Source: Abditibacteriaceae bacterium (GTDB taxonomy: Bacteria; Armatimonadota; Abditibacteriia; Abditibacteriales; Abditibacteriaceae). From it: a stretch of DNA of 11,955 bases. Under the pieces are notes generated by a model. The model did no database searches. It worked only from the letters and a program-made list of their open reading frames with translations, and was not told the DNA's origin. The translations under genes and the position numbers were made by a program. Positions within the stretch are counted from its first letter, which is position 1, and the number at the start of each line of letters is the position of its first letter. Below, one piece after another: positions 1-7,890 of the stretch. The stretch lies in the NCBI GenBank assembly GCA_031425655.1, contig JANPJS010000003.1, forward strand, positions 1-11,955, written 5' to 3'.

Positions 1-112
1 TCCCTCATCCTTCCGCCCTCATCCCTCATCCTTCCGCCCTCATCCCTCATCCTTCCGCCCTCATCCCTCATCCTTCCGCCCTCATCCCTCATCCTTCCGC
101 CCTCATCCCTCA
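1..112. repeat. Tandem repeat of a 21-bp unit TCCCTCATCCTTCCGCCCTCA (5 full copies plus a partial copy), built from three heptamers; truncated by the window edge
   Basis: Read directly: the unit repeats perfectly over 1-105, followed by TCCCTCA at 106-112. The sub-units TCCCTCA/TCCTTCC/GCCCTCA are 7-mers. Confidence 0.97.
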
Positions 113-168
113 GAAAGCGGCCTTTCATTTGCATTCTCCGGCGCGAAGTTTCACAAGGAAGAACGACC

Positions 169-1236
169 ATGAAAGTGCCCAGCATCAAAGAGTTCGGCGA
201 ACTTTTAAAAGACACCTACACCGATTGGAACGAAGACAAAGCGCCGCGACTGGGCGCTGCGCTGGCGTATTACACCATCTTTTCGATGGCGCCTTTGCTT
301 GTCGTCGTGATGGGCATCGTCGGCATTTTCTATTCGGGCAGTGATGTCGCGCTGCAAAAGCAAATGACCGAAGCGGTCGGCCCCGAAGCCGCCGGCGCCA
401 TCACTGACATCTTGAAAAACGCCAATCAAAACAAAAGCGGCGGCATCTGGGCGACTATTTTGGGCACCGCCACGCTGCTTTTGGGCGCCGGCGGCCTGTT
501 CGGACAATTGCAGGATTCGCTGAACACCATCTGGGAAGTGCAGCCAAAGCCGGGACAGGGCTTCATGGCGATGATCAAAAATCGCTTTATGTCCTTTTCG
601 ATGGTGCTGGGCACCGGCTTCATTTTGCTGGTATCGCTTTTCGTGACCGCCATGATTTCCAGCCTCGGAGCCTACATGGAAAGTGTGCTGCCACTGCCCG
701 CTTTCGTGTTGCAGATCATCAATTTCGTGGTGGCGTTCGCGGTCATTACGCTGCTTTTCGCCATGATCTTCAAAGTGCTGCCGGACGTGGAAATCGGCTG
801 GCACGACGTGTGGGTCGGCGCCGCAGTGACTTCATTTTTGTTCGGCGTCGGCAAGTTTGCGCTGGGCCTTTATCTGGGCAAGAGCAGCGTGGCGTCGGCT
901 TACGGCGCAGCGGGAAGCCTCGCGGTTTTGCTGTTGTGGATTTACTACGCGGCGCAGATTCTCTTTTTCGGCGCCGAATTCACGCAGGTTTACGCCAAAA
1001 AATACGGCTCGAAAATCGTGCCCTCGCCCAACGCCGAACCCATGACCGCAGAAGCGCGCGAGCAACAGGGCATGAAGGGCAGCGATGCGCCGATGCCCGC
1101 AGGCGGCGCAGTTGCCATCGTGCATCCGCACGGCATGGCGCCCAAATCCTCACAGGCGCGCGACATGGAATTCCTCTGGCCCGCCGCCGTCGGCTTTCTC
1201 ACCATTTTGTTATTCAAACAGCGGCGCAGAAAGTGA
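169..1236 (+). CDS. yihY: YihY/virulence factor BrkB family inner-membrane protein
   Basis: 355 aa with family motifs GAALAYYTIFSMAPLL, LQDSLNTIW, FKVLPD and YGAAGSLAVLLLWIYYAAQILFFGAEF. Multiple TM helices. AAGGAAG precedes the ATG. Confidence 0.93.
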   Translation: MKVPSIKEFGELLKDTYTDWNEDKAPRLGAALAYYTIFSMAPLLVVVMGIVGIFYSGSDVALQKQMTEAVGPEAAGAITDILKNANQNKSGGIWATILGTATLLLGAGGLFGQLQDSLNTIWEVQPKPGQGFMAMIKNRFMSFSMVLGTGFILLVSLFVTAMISSLGAYMESVLPLPAFVLQIINFVVAFAVITLLFAMIFKVLPDVEIGWHDVWVGAAVTSFLFGVGKFALGLYLGKSSVASAYGAAGSLAVLLLWIYYAAQILFFGAEFTQVYAKKYGSKIVPSPNAEPMTAEAREQQGMKGSDAPMPAGGAVAIVHPHGMAPKSSQARDMEFLWPAAVGFLTILLFKQRRRK

Positions 1237-1289
1237 ATTCAGATTAAACAGCCCCGAATCGCTTCTCTTGGAAATTCCTGCACAACAGG

Positions 1290-1667
1290 CTATTTACGGC
1301 GCGCACGCCACACGAGGAATGCACCGAGCGCACCGAAAGCGAAGCTGGTGAAAATTAGCAAGCCAACCAGTGCCACACCGCCGTTTATGTCCGAAGCAAC
1401 GCCTGCCCACTCGATATACCAACGCAAAGGCCAGAACAGAATAATTGGGAGTAAGATTGCTCCGATTATATAAGCGCCAATCATTCTTAGCGTAAGAAAA
1501 AATTGTTCATTGATCGCAATCACTTCCTCACCTGCTCTTTTCTCCTTAGTTAGAATTTCTTGTGTCACCAGTTCATATCGCTCTGGATATTTCTCTTTGT
1601 CAATGTGTTGAGCCGCATCATAAAGTTGTTCCAAGGAATAATTCTGATAATCTGGCGTGTCATCCAT
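1290..1667 (-). CDS. Hypothetical membrane protein (N-terminal helical PDYxxYSLEQL...IDKEKYPERY segment plus two TM helices)
   Basis: 125-aa ATG-started ORF with a protein-like composition, two hydrophobic helices and a basic tail (WRARRK). Visibly AT-richer than its neighbours. Confidence 0.8.
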   Translation of the reverse strand: MDDTPDYQNYSLEQLYDAAQHIDKEKYPERYELVTQEILTKEKRAGEEVIAINEQFFLTLRMIGAYIIGAILLPIILFWPLRWYIEWAGVASDINGGVALVGLLIFTSFAFGALGAFLVWRARRK

Positions 1668-1740
1668 GCGGTTAGTTTCTCTTGTTCGCCTTTATTTTGT
1701 GCGTCAAACCCGGCACGACGGCACAACACCTGTTTAGGCT

Positions 1741-1788
1741 GCGTCCGCGTAAATCCGTGGCCGTTTCTGTGAAATCTGTGTTCTATTT
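1741..1788. repeat. Degenerate half of a 9-nt-period REP-like palindromic repeat (TCCGCGTAAATCCGTG / TCTGTGAAATCTGTG)
   Basis: Two 9-nt-period doublets directly downstream of the 1796 stop codon. No complementary arm is visible nearby. Confidence 0.5.
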
Positions 1789-1795
1789 CGCGCGT

Positions 1796-2608
1796 TCAAC
1801 GGCGCTTTTCGGGCAAGACGAACTCGGCGTAAGGCACCGTCCACACCACGGGATGCGCCAAACGATGCCCGTGGTAGCCATCTTCTCCGAAAGCGGTGCC
1901 GTGATCGGAAGTCAGCACGCAAAGCGACGGCGCGCGGCGCTGCAACGCTTCAAAAAGCGGCGGCAAATGCGTGTCTACATAAGCTAAGGCATCGCTCATC
2001 GTTTCGGTTGAATCGCGCTCGGCGCCCGGCGTCCACAGATAGCTCGGCTGATGCAGCGCCGAAATGTTGATGAACAAAAACACGCGCCGTCCGCGTGGCA
2101 GCGATTGCAAAACTTCGATAGCCCGCGCGACTTGATGCTGCGTCGAGTGCGCGGCGGTCACGCTCATTTCTTCGTTCCAGTGGCTTTCGGCGAAAAGGCC
2201 CGGCAGCACGCACGCCAGCGGCGTGAGCTTGTTGAAAAACCCCACGCCGCCGATGCAAACCGTATGATAATTGCTTTGCGCCAGGCCGCTGACGATGTCG
2301 GGCGCATCGAAAACCATCGTGGTTTCCGTCGCGCTTTCGCTGCCCGCAAAGCGTGTGGCGAACAAGCGCGGCGCGTGCGGATTTTCAATCGGCGTAGGCA
2401 GAAATCCGGCGAAAAACGCATGGTGCGCCGCGTAAGTGAAACTGCCCGGCGTGTGACGCGCCTGCCACGCGCCGCCCGGCAAAAGCGCCCGCAAGTTGGG
2501 AGTGCGCCCTTGTCGCAGCGCGTTTTGCGCCACGTCGAAGCGCAGCGTATCCAACGTCACCAAAACGATGTCATGCGTGCCCAACAGGGCGCGCGAGTTG
2601 AGATTCAT
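1796..2608 (-). CDS. STM4013/SEN3800 family hydrolase (alkaline phosphatase/sulfatase superfamily)
   Basis: Motifs GTHDIVLVTLDTLRFDVA, HTPGSFTYAAHHAFFAGFLPTP, CIGGVGFFNK, FLFINISALHQP and SDHGTAFGEDGYHGHRLAHPVVWTVPY. ATG at 2608 (MNLNSR) is preferred over GTG at 2644 because a TATAAT lies between them. Confidence 0.9.
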   Translation of the reverse strand: MNLNSRALLGTHDIVLVTLDTLRFDVAQNALRQGRTPNLRALLPGGAWQARHTPGSFTYAAHHAFFAGFLPTPIENPHAPRLFATRFAGSESATETTMVFDAPDIVSGLAQSNYHTVCIGGVGFFNKLTPLACVLPGLFAESHWNEEMSVTAAHSTQHQVARAIEVLQSLPRGRRVFLFINISALHQPSYLWTPGAERDSTETMSDALAYVDTHLPPLFEALQRRAPSLCVLTSDHGTAFGEDGYHGHRLAHPVVWTVPYAEFVLPEKRR

Positions 2609-2626
2609 AAGAGATTCCAATCCCTG

Positions 2627-2676
2627 ATTATACCTTGTGGCCACTCTCTGAGATTTTCCCGCGCCTGACGTAAACT
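2627..2676. promoter_or_regulatory. Divergent promoter region: TATAAT on the minus strand (2632-2627) for the hydrolase and TAAACT on the plus strand (2671-2676) for the FG-GAP gene
   Basis: The hexamers match the sigma70 -10 consensus TANNNT. The plus-strand one lies 7 nt before ATG 2684, with no Shine-Dalgarno sequence. Confidence 0.5.
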
Positions 2677-2683
2677 ACACGCC

Positions 2684-3958
2684 ATGAAACGGCAATCCAC
2701 GATGGTAATTGCGCTGATTTTCAGCGCCTGCACTGCGGCGACGGCGCAAAATGCGCTTCCCAACACCCCGACGAATGTGAGTTGGAAAAAGACGGTTCTC
2801 GATAAGAAGTTTCGCGCCGAGGGCGCGGCGGTCGCGGACGTAAATCACGACGGCAAAAACGATATTCTCGTCGGCGATTTATGGTATGAAGCGCCGAACT
2901 GGACGCCGCACGAGATTCGCAAGCCGTTGGAACTCGGCGACGGCGCGAACAAATACAGCGAAGCCTTCCTGTGCTGGGCCGACGACTTCAACGGCGACGG
3001 TTGGAGCGACCTTTTGATCGTCGGCTATCCCGGCAAAGGGCCGCACTGGTATGAAAATCCCAAGAATGCCGCCGGCCATTGGAAAGAGCGATTGGTCTGG
3101 AAAAGCGCCTGCAACGAAGGGCCGATTTTCGCCGAACTCTTCGGTGACGGCAAACGGCGTCTGGTCGCCGCTTCGTGCGAAGAAGGCCAGATGGCGTGGT
3201 TCGAGCCGACGGCCAACGCCGACGCGCCGTGGACAAAGCATCCAATTAGCATGGAACAAAAGCCGGGCGTCGAAGTATGGGGCGTCAACCGCTTCGATCA
3301 CGGATTGGGCGCGGGCGACATGAACGGCGATGGCCGCACCGATGTATTAGTGAGGCAAGGCTGGTGGGAGCAACCGGCGGACGCCAAAACCAGTATGCAG
3401 CCGTGGCGCTTTCACGTCGCAAATATGGGCGAAGATTGCGCGAATATCATCGCATTGGACGGCAACGGCGATGGACACACCGACGCCATTACCAGCTCGG
3501 CGCACAAGCGCGGCATCTGGTTTCACAAGCGCACGCCCGACAAGCCGGCGGGCTTCGCGCGCAGCGTTTTATTCGACGCTTTCACGCAAAGCCACGCTTT
3601 AATCTACGAAGACATCAACGGTGATGGCGCGAAGGATTTAATCACCGGCAAGCGCTGGTGGGCGCACGGCCCAGCCGGCGACATAGAACCGATGGCGGCT
3701 CCGGTGCTTTATTGGTTCGAGATCAAAAAAACGCCCGGCGAAGCGCCCAAACTGGTGCCGCATTTAATTGATGACGCCAGCGGCATCGGCACGCAGTTTG
3801 AAGTCGCCGATGTCAACGGCGACAAAAAGCTCGATATCGTAGTCGCCAACAAAAAAGGCGTCTTTCTCTTCGAGAATAATTACCCACAAAACGCGCAAAA
3901 GGCACAAAAAGAACATCTTTTTACTTCTTTTTGTGCCTTTTGCGCCTTTTGTGGTTAA
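2684..3958 (+). CDS. Secreted FG-GAP/VCBS repeat (integrin-like beta-propeller) protein
   Basis: Signal peptide ending ATA-Q. Repeated Ca-binding blades DVNHDGKNDI, DFNGDGWSDL, DMNGDGRTDV, DGNGDGHTDA, DINGDGAKDL and DVNGDKKLDI. Confidence 0.92.
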   Translation: MKRQSTMVIALIFSACTAATAQNALPNTPTNVSWKKTVLDKKFRAEGAAVADVNHDGKNDILVGDLWYEAPNWTPHEIRKPLELGDGANKYSEAFLCWADDFNGDGWSDLLIVGYPGKGPHWYENPKNAAGHWKERLVWKSACNEGPIFAELFGDGKRRLVAASCEEGQMAWFEPTANADAPWTKHPISMEQKPGVEVWGVNRFDHGLGAGDMNGDGRTDVLVRQGWWEQPADAKTSMQPWRFHVANMGEDCANIIALDGNGDGHTDAITSSAHKRGIWFHKRTPDKPAGFARSVLFDAFTQSHALIYEDINGDGAKDLITGKRWWAHGPAGDIEPMAAPVLYWFEIKKTPGEAPKLVPHLIDDASGIGTQFEVADVNGDKKLDIVVANKKGVFLFENNYPQNAQKAQKEHLFTSFCAFCAFCG

Positions 3959-3960
3959 TT
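3878..3960. repeat. Palindromic REP-like element: 36-bp arms (2 mismatches), 11-nt loop, internal 9-nt periodicity; overlaps the 3' end of the FG-GAP CDS
   Basis: Left arm 3878-3913 AATTACCCACAAAACGCGCAAAAGGCACAAAAAGAA is the near reverse complement of 3925-3960. Confidence 0.92.
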
Positions 3961-4128
3961 TAACCCAAGTTGCTACCTATGCGGCAATTTGGAGTGCGCG
4001 AACTTGTTCGCGCCGTTTCGAGCCGACTTGTCGGCGTAAAACCTCCAAAACAGACGGGTTATGCCGACAAGTCGGCTCTTAAAAGCGGCGACAAGTCGCC
4101 GCACTCCATAAGTAGCAACTTGGGTTAA
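3960..4128. mobile_element. MITE/REPIN-like non-autonomous element with 17-bp perfect terminal inverted repeats and nested REP-like hairpins
   Basis: Outer IR TTAACCCAAGTTGCTAC (3960-3976) / GTAGCAACTTGGGTTAA (4112-4128). Middle imperfect IR TGGAGTGCG...(3990-4018) / AAAAGCGGCGACAAGTCGCCGCACTCCA (4081-4108). Inner perfect 16-bp IR GAGCCGACTTGTCGGC (4020-4035) / 4063-4078. Confidence 0.75.
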
Positions 4129-4129
4129 T

Positions 4130-6946
4130 TTATTTGGCTTGCGATTGCTGATAAAGCGCGGCAAGCTGCGAGGGCGTGACGGCGACGTAATCGGGGCCGA
4201 GCAAGTCGAGCATTTTCTTCAAGTCCTTCATCTTGCTGCCCCAATTCCAGATGAAAACATTGGTAAAAGCCGGGCGCGAATTGCCAATGCGCGTGCGAAT
4301 ATCGTTCGCCATTTTTTCGGGTGAGCCGTCGTAGGAAATCGCGCGAAAAACCGGCTGGCCGGTCGGCAAGGTGTAAGTCAGTTCAGGATATTTGTTTTCG
4401 TCGCGCCAACCGTAATCGGGCATTAAAAACGGCACGCGCGGCGTGAGGCGGCCAACGCGCGCGATGTCCTCAGTCGCCACGTTCATCAAGCGCAGAGATT
4501 TCATGTCCATGCGCGCCATGTAATCCTGCGTCCAGTTGTAAAAACTGCGCTCCGACTTTTCGCGGTCGCTTTTGCTGAGCACGGCGCCCCAATCCGGCGG
4601 ATAAATGTAACCCACGCCCGACACATCGCAGATGAATTCGTCTTTGTCCGTCGCGTTGTCGAAATACCACTGCGCCCACGTCGGCGCGACATCAATCAAG
4701 GTCGGCCCCATGCCCCAACCAACCGGAAAAGTGCCGTGCAACGGGTCGTTGAAATACTCGCGGAAGTAGCGCCGCCACGTCACCAGATTGTCGCCGTCGG
4801 ACATGGTAATCGCAATGTAGATTTTGCTTTTATCCAGCGTGGGCACCGCCGCCTGCGGCTTCTGTTTGAGGCTTTGCAACTTTACGCCGCTGAAAACTGA
4901 AAAATTCGGCGTCAAATCGCTCACGATAGTCACTTTGCCGAATTGACTCGACAGTGAAACGCCGGGCGTTTCATCAATGCCCTGCCCGTCGCCGTGCCAC
5001 CAGAAGCCGCGCACTACGGAGTGAAGCGGCATTTGGGCGAATAAGGCCTTGATTTCTTCGAGTTCGGCACTGGTGTCGGCGCCCGGCTTGTCTTGCGCGC
5101 GATGGCCTGTAATCCAGAAAACCGCGCCGCGCGCCGCGATAATTTGATCAAGTGAGCCGTTGTCATACATCGAAGGGTCGAGGCAAATCGAAATGTATGG
5201 ATTGAGGCGAGGAAAAACTTGCGTGCGAATGTAGCGCAGAGCAGCGGCGTTGTCTGTGAATTTGCCGCGCAAATCGGCGACAATCGGCAACTTCAATTGC
5301 GCCGCCAATTGTGGCGTGGCGATAACAAAACTATCGGCGCCCGACAGCGACGCCGCGACGCACGGGCTGGCGTAAACATTGGGGTCGGAAATCACGACGC
5401 CGGGAATTTCTGCGCGAAACTTTTCGACTAAATCCAGCGGTTTGGCCACTTCAATCGCCGCGCCGGTTTGACCGCGCTTTTGCATTTCCCCAAGCCAGAA
5501 ACGGTCATCTTCGCCGTATTGCAAATAAATGCGCGGCTGCTTGCGATTGACGATGCCCTGCAACGAAGAAAGCAGCAGCTTTTCATCGAAACTCAGACGG
5601 CGCACATCGGCCACATAAAGCTGCGCGGCAGGCTCCGGCATTTTCGGCTGAAACGTTTCGTAAGGACGCTTTGGCTGCGGCAGTTTTAAGTTGACATAGC
5701 GAATCGGTTGGGGCAGCGCATCCAGACGCGCGAACAGCGCTTTCGCCGAAGCAATTTTCTTCTGCGCCGCTAACGCCGCAATGGTTGATCGCACCAGAAT
5801 TTGGTTAGCGACAAAGCCGGGATTGGCATTGGCCGGATGGTTTGTCCAAACCGTCACGGAGCCGCTCGGATATTGAATTAAAGCGGTTAGAGGCTGGCCT
5901 TGCCAGATTAAAAACGGCGTGACTTTAGCGCCCTGCGGCAGAGATTTCACGTTCAACCACTGCGGCGTATCGGCAGGCCATTCGATGCCCAGCGACTTTA
6001 AGCGCAGCGGATCGCCGGGCGCGATTTGCGTTGGTAGTTTGACCTTGCCCGGCCCGGCAAAACCGCCGGCTTCGATGCCGTTTGGCCCGTTGCCTCCGGC
6101 TGCGTCGCTGTGCCCCAAATCGCTCCATTCGCCGCCGAGATTTTCAAAGTCGCCGTTGGCTAAAGCCGACTTTGCGCCGTTGATGGTGACTTGGATGTTG
6201 TCCAGACGCACCACGCGCTTTGCGCTGCGGATTTGCAGCGAAATATCGTAAGCGGCGGTGCCCGGCGGCGCTGTCGCATCCGCTTCGATTTTTTGCCATG
6301 TTGCGCCATTAGATAGCTGCGGCCCGAACTGCGAAATGAATTCGCCGCCCGCATCGAAAAAGCGAATATAAAGCTCGTCTTTGCCGACTTCACCCGCTAC
6401 GTTTTGCGACCACGCTTCGAGGTGGAATTTATCGCCCGTTTTGGCTTCTAATCGCGGCGAATCTACGCCGGCCCATTCGTGCATTCCTTTGATTTCTAAG
6501 GCCCGCGTGCCGCTATTGGCTTTGTCCGTCAAGCGCACGTTTTCGCCCCAACTGGGCCGCGCCGTCCAGCGCGCCGCCGAAGCATTGGCCACAGGATGCG
6601 TGAACGGAATACCAGTCACGACTAAGGCGCCGCCCGCGCGATGAAACGCCTGCAAATTGCGGAACGCCGGCTGCGGAAACGTGTTGCCGTAGGGCAAAAC
6701 AAGGGCGTCGTAGTGCGCCAAATTAAAGCGATTGGCATCGGTCAGCGCAGCGCCATCCAACAAATCTGCGTCGAGGCCAATCGCCTTCAAATTTCCAGCG
6801 ATGGCGCGCGGCGAAGCGAACGGCGTGGCGTTGTAAAAAGGAAAACCCGGCTCAAAAAAGACCGCCACACGCGGCGATTTTTCGGCGGCCTGCGCGCGAC
6901 AAGTCAGAAATATGGCGACGGCAAAAACGGCAAATTTCAATCGCAT
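4130..6946 (-). CDS. Secreted GxGYxYP-family putative glycoside hydrolase with an N-terminal GATase-like (beta-galactosidase trimerisation/ThuA-like) domain and an inserted CBM4/9-like module
   Basis: 938 aa. Signal peptide ending AQA-A. SLQGIVNRKQPRIY (GxGYxYP N-terminal region), MSDGDN and SGVGYIYP signature motifs. Residues about 127-274 have a CBM-like pattern. Confidence 0.88.
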   Translation of the reverse strand: MRLKFAVFAVAIFLTCRAQAAEKSPRVAVFFEPGFPFYNATPFASPRAIAGNLKAIGLDADLLDGAALTDANRFNLAHYDALVLPYGNTFPQPAFRNLQAFHRAGGALVVTGIPFTHPVANASAARWTARPSWGENVRLTDKANSGTRALEIKGMHEWAGVDSPRLEAKTGDKFHLEAWSQNVAGEVGKDELYIRFFDAGGEFISQFGPQLSNGATWQKIEADATAPPGTAAYDISLQIRSAKRVVRLDNIQVTINGAKSALANGDFENLGGEWSDLGHSDAAGGNGPNGIEAGGFAGPGKVKLPTQIAPGDPLRLKSLGIEWPADTPQWLNVKSLPQGAKVTPFLIWQGQPLTALIQYPSGSVTVWTNHPANANPGFVANQILVRSTIAALAAQKKIASAKALFARLDALPQPIRYVNLKLPQPKRPYETFQPKMPEPAAQLYVADVRRLSFDEKLLLSSLQGIVNRKQPRIYLQYGEDDRFWLGEMQKRGQTGAAIEVAKPLDLVEKFRAEIPGVVISDPNVYASPCVAASLSGADSFVIATPQLAAQLKLPIVADLRGKFTDNAAALRYIRTQVFPRLNPYISICLDPSMYDNGSLDQIIAARGAVFWITGHRAQDKPGADTSAELEEIKALFAQMPLHSVVRGFWWHGDGQGIDETPGVSLSSQFGKVTIVSDLTPNFSVFSGVKLQSLKQKPQAAVPTLDKSKIYIAITMSDGDNLVTWRRYFREYFNDPLHGTFPVGWGMGPTLIDVAPTWAQWYFDNATDKDEFICDVSGVGYIYPPDWGAVLSKSDREKSERSFYNWTQDYMARMDMKSLRLMNVATEDIARVGRLTPRVPFLMPDYGWRDENKYPELTYTLPTGQPVFRAISYDGSPEKMANDIRTRIGNSRPAFTNVFIWNWGSKMKDLKKMLDLLGPDYVAVTPSQLAALYQQSQAK

Positions 6947-6949
6947 AAT

Positions 6950-7460
6950 TTATTCTTCCGCCGCTTCCAGCGCGCCCAACGCAAGCGAAGAAGTGCGCGG
7001 CTTTAATTGCAGGTGCGGCGCATATTGTCCTTCGATTTTCAGCGCGCGGCGCACGCCGTCTCCATCCTCGTGAGCCAGATTAGGCGCAGCGTCCTGTGCC
7101 ACACCCGCATCTTTGCGCGGGCGAAAGTCGCGTCCGGCGGCGTTGGTGAATTCGGGGTCGGGGCCGCTGAAATTGCTGACGTTTTCGGCTTTCACCGGCG
7201 TTTTCCAGAGCATCGTGATCTGCGGCCTCCTGCATCACACTTTCTTGTTTTGAACCTCTGCTGCCTGTTTGGCCTCTTCAGCGCGTTTTGCGGTCTCTAA
7301 ACGCTCATGATAGATGCCGGAATCAACTTCCACAATGTCGCCAGCTTTGTTGTAGAGCAAGGTTTTGCAGGCTTTTTAAGTCGCGCGCCGGCCCGATTTG
7401 ATAGGTTTTGGCAATGGCGGAGACGGCGAGAAGCAGACAAACAAGAAGTAGAGAGCGCAT
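6950..7460 (-). pseudogene. Remnant of a secreted, probably right-handed beta-helix protein: frameshifted 5' end (7460 to about 7305), centre missing, 3' end retained (about 7213-6950)
   Basis: ATG 7460 reads MRSLLLVCLLLAVSAIAKTYQIGPARDLKSLQNLA. After a 2-nt deletion it continues KAGDIVEVDSGIYHE, a GDxVxVxxGxYxE start typical of beta-helix enzymes. The C-terminal DPEFTNAAGRDFRP...LGALE is typical of their ends. The stop lies 3 nt before the GxGYxYP start. Confidence 0.8.
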
Positions 7461-7539
7461 GACGCCCGTTGATTTCACGCCTACAGGGTTCACAGCTAAA
7501 TGTGCTTTATGTAAGGCGCAAAAGCCCTACGCCTATAGA

Positions 7540-7890
7540 TTACAAATCCAATTCATAGCGCAGCGCCGCGTTCACATGAGTCATAGTGTCGGCATCCAAA
7601 ACACCAACCAGTTTTTCCAAGCGAGACTGATCTATGGTCAGAAGTTGGGCACAGTTAACGTGGCCGTCACGCGGCAAATTGCCGTCGCCTTTGGCGAGAG
7701 GAACCGTGAATGGATAAACGCGCGGCAAAGGCGCGCTGCTAATAGCGACGACGACCGTATAAGACGAATTTTCGTTGCCGCGATTGTTTTGCACCACCAG
7801 AGCGGGGCGCCGCCCGCCTTGCTCCACGCCGCGTGCCGGCTCGAAATTCACCCAGTAAATCTCGCCGCGCTGCGGTTTCGATTTAGGCAT
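7540..7890 (-). CDS. mazF: Type II toxin-antitoxin system PemK/MazF family endoribonuclease toxin
   Basis: 116 aa with QRGEIYWVNFEPARGVEQGGRRPALVVQNNRGN and CAQLLTIDQSRL. The start overlaps the antitoxin stop by 8 nt. Confidence 0.96.
   Translation of the reverse strand: MPKSKPQRGEIYWVNFEPARGVEQGGRRPALVVQNNRGNENSSYTVVVAISSAPLPRVYPFTVPLAKGDGNLPRDGHVNCAQLLTIDQSRLEKLVGVLDADTMTHVNAALRYELDL

Noticed and set aside
1..112. CRISPR array
   Set aside because: The repeats are directly adjacent with no unique spacers, and there are no cas genes.
3973..4164. 63-aa minus-strand ORF
   Set aside because: Translation of the MITE/REP element.
7470..7540. GTAG-type REP or terminator after mazF (GTAAGGCGCAAAAGCCCTAC; ACGCCTA(C/T)AG twice)
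   Set aside because: The stem is short and imperfect, too degenerate to call.
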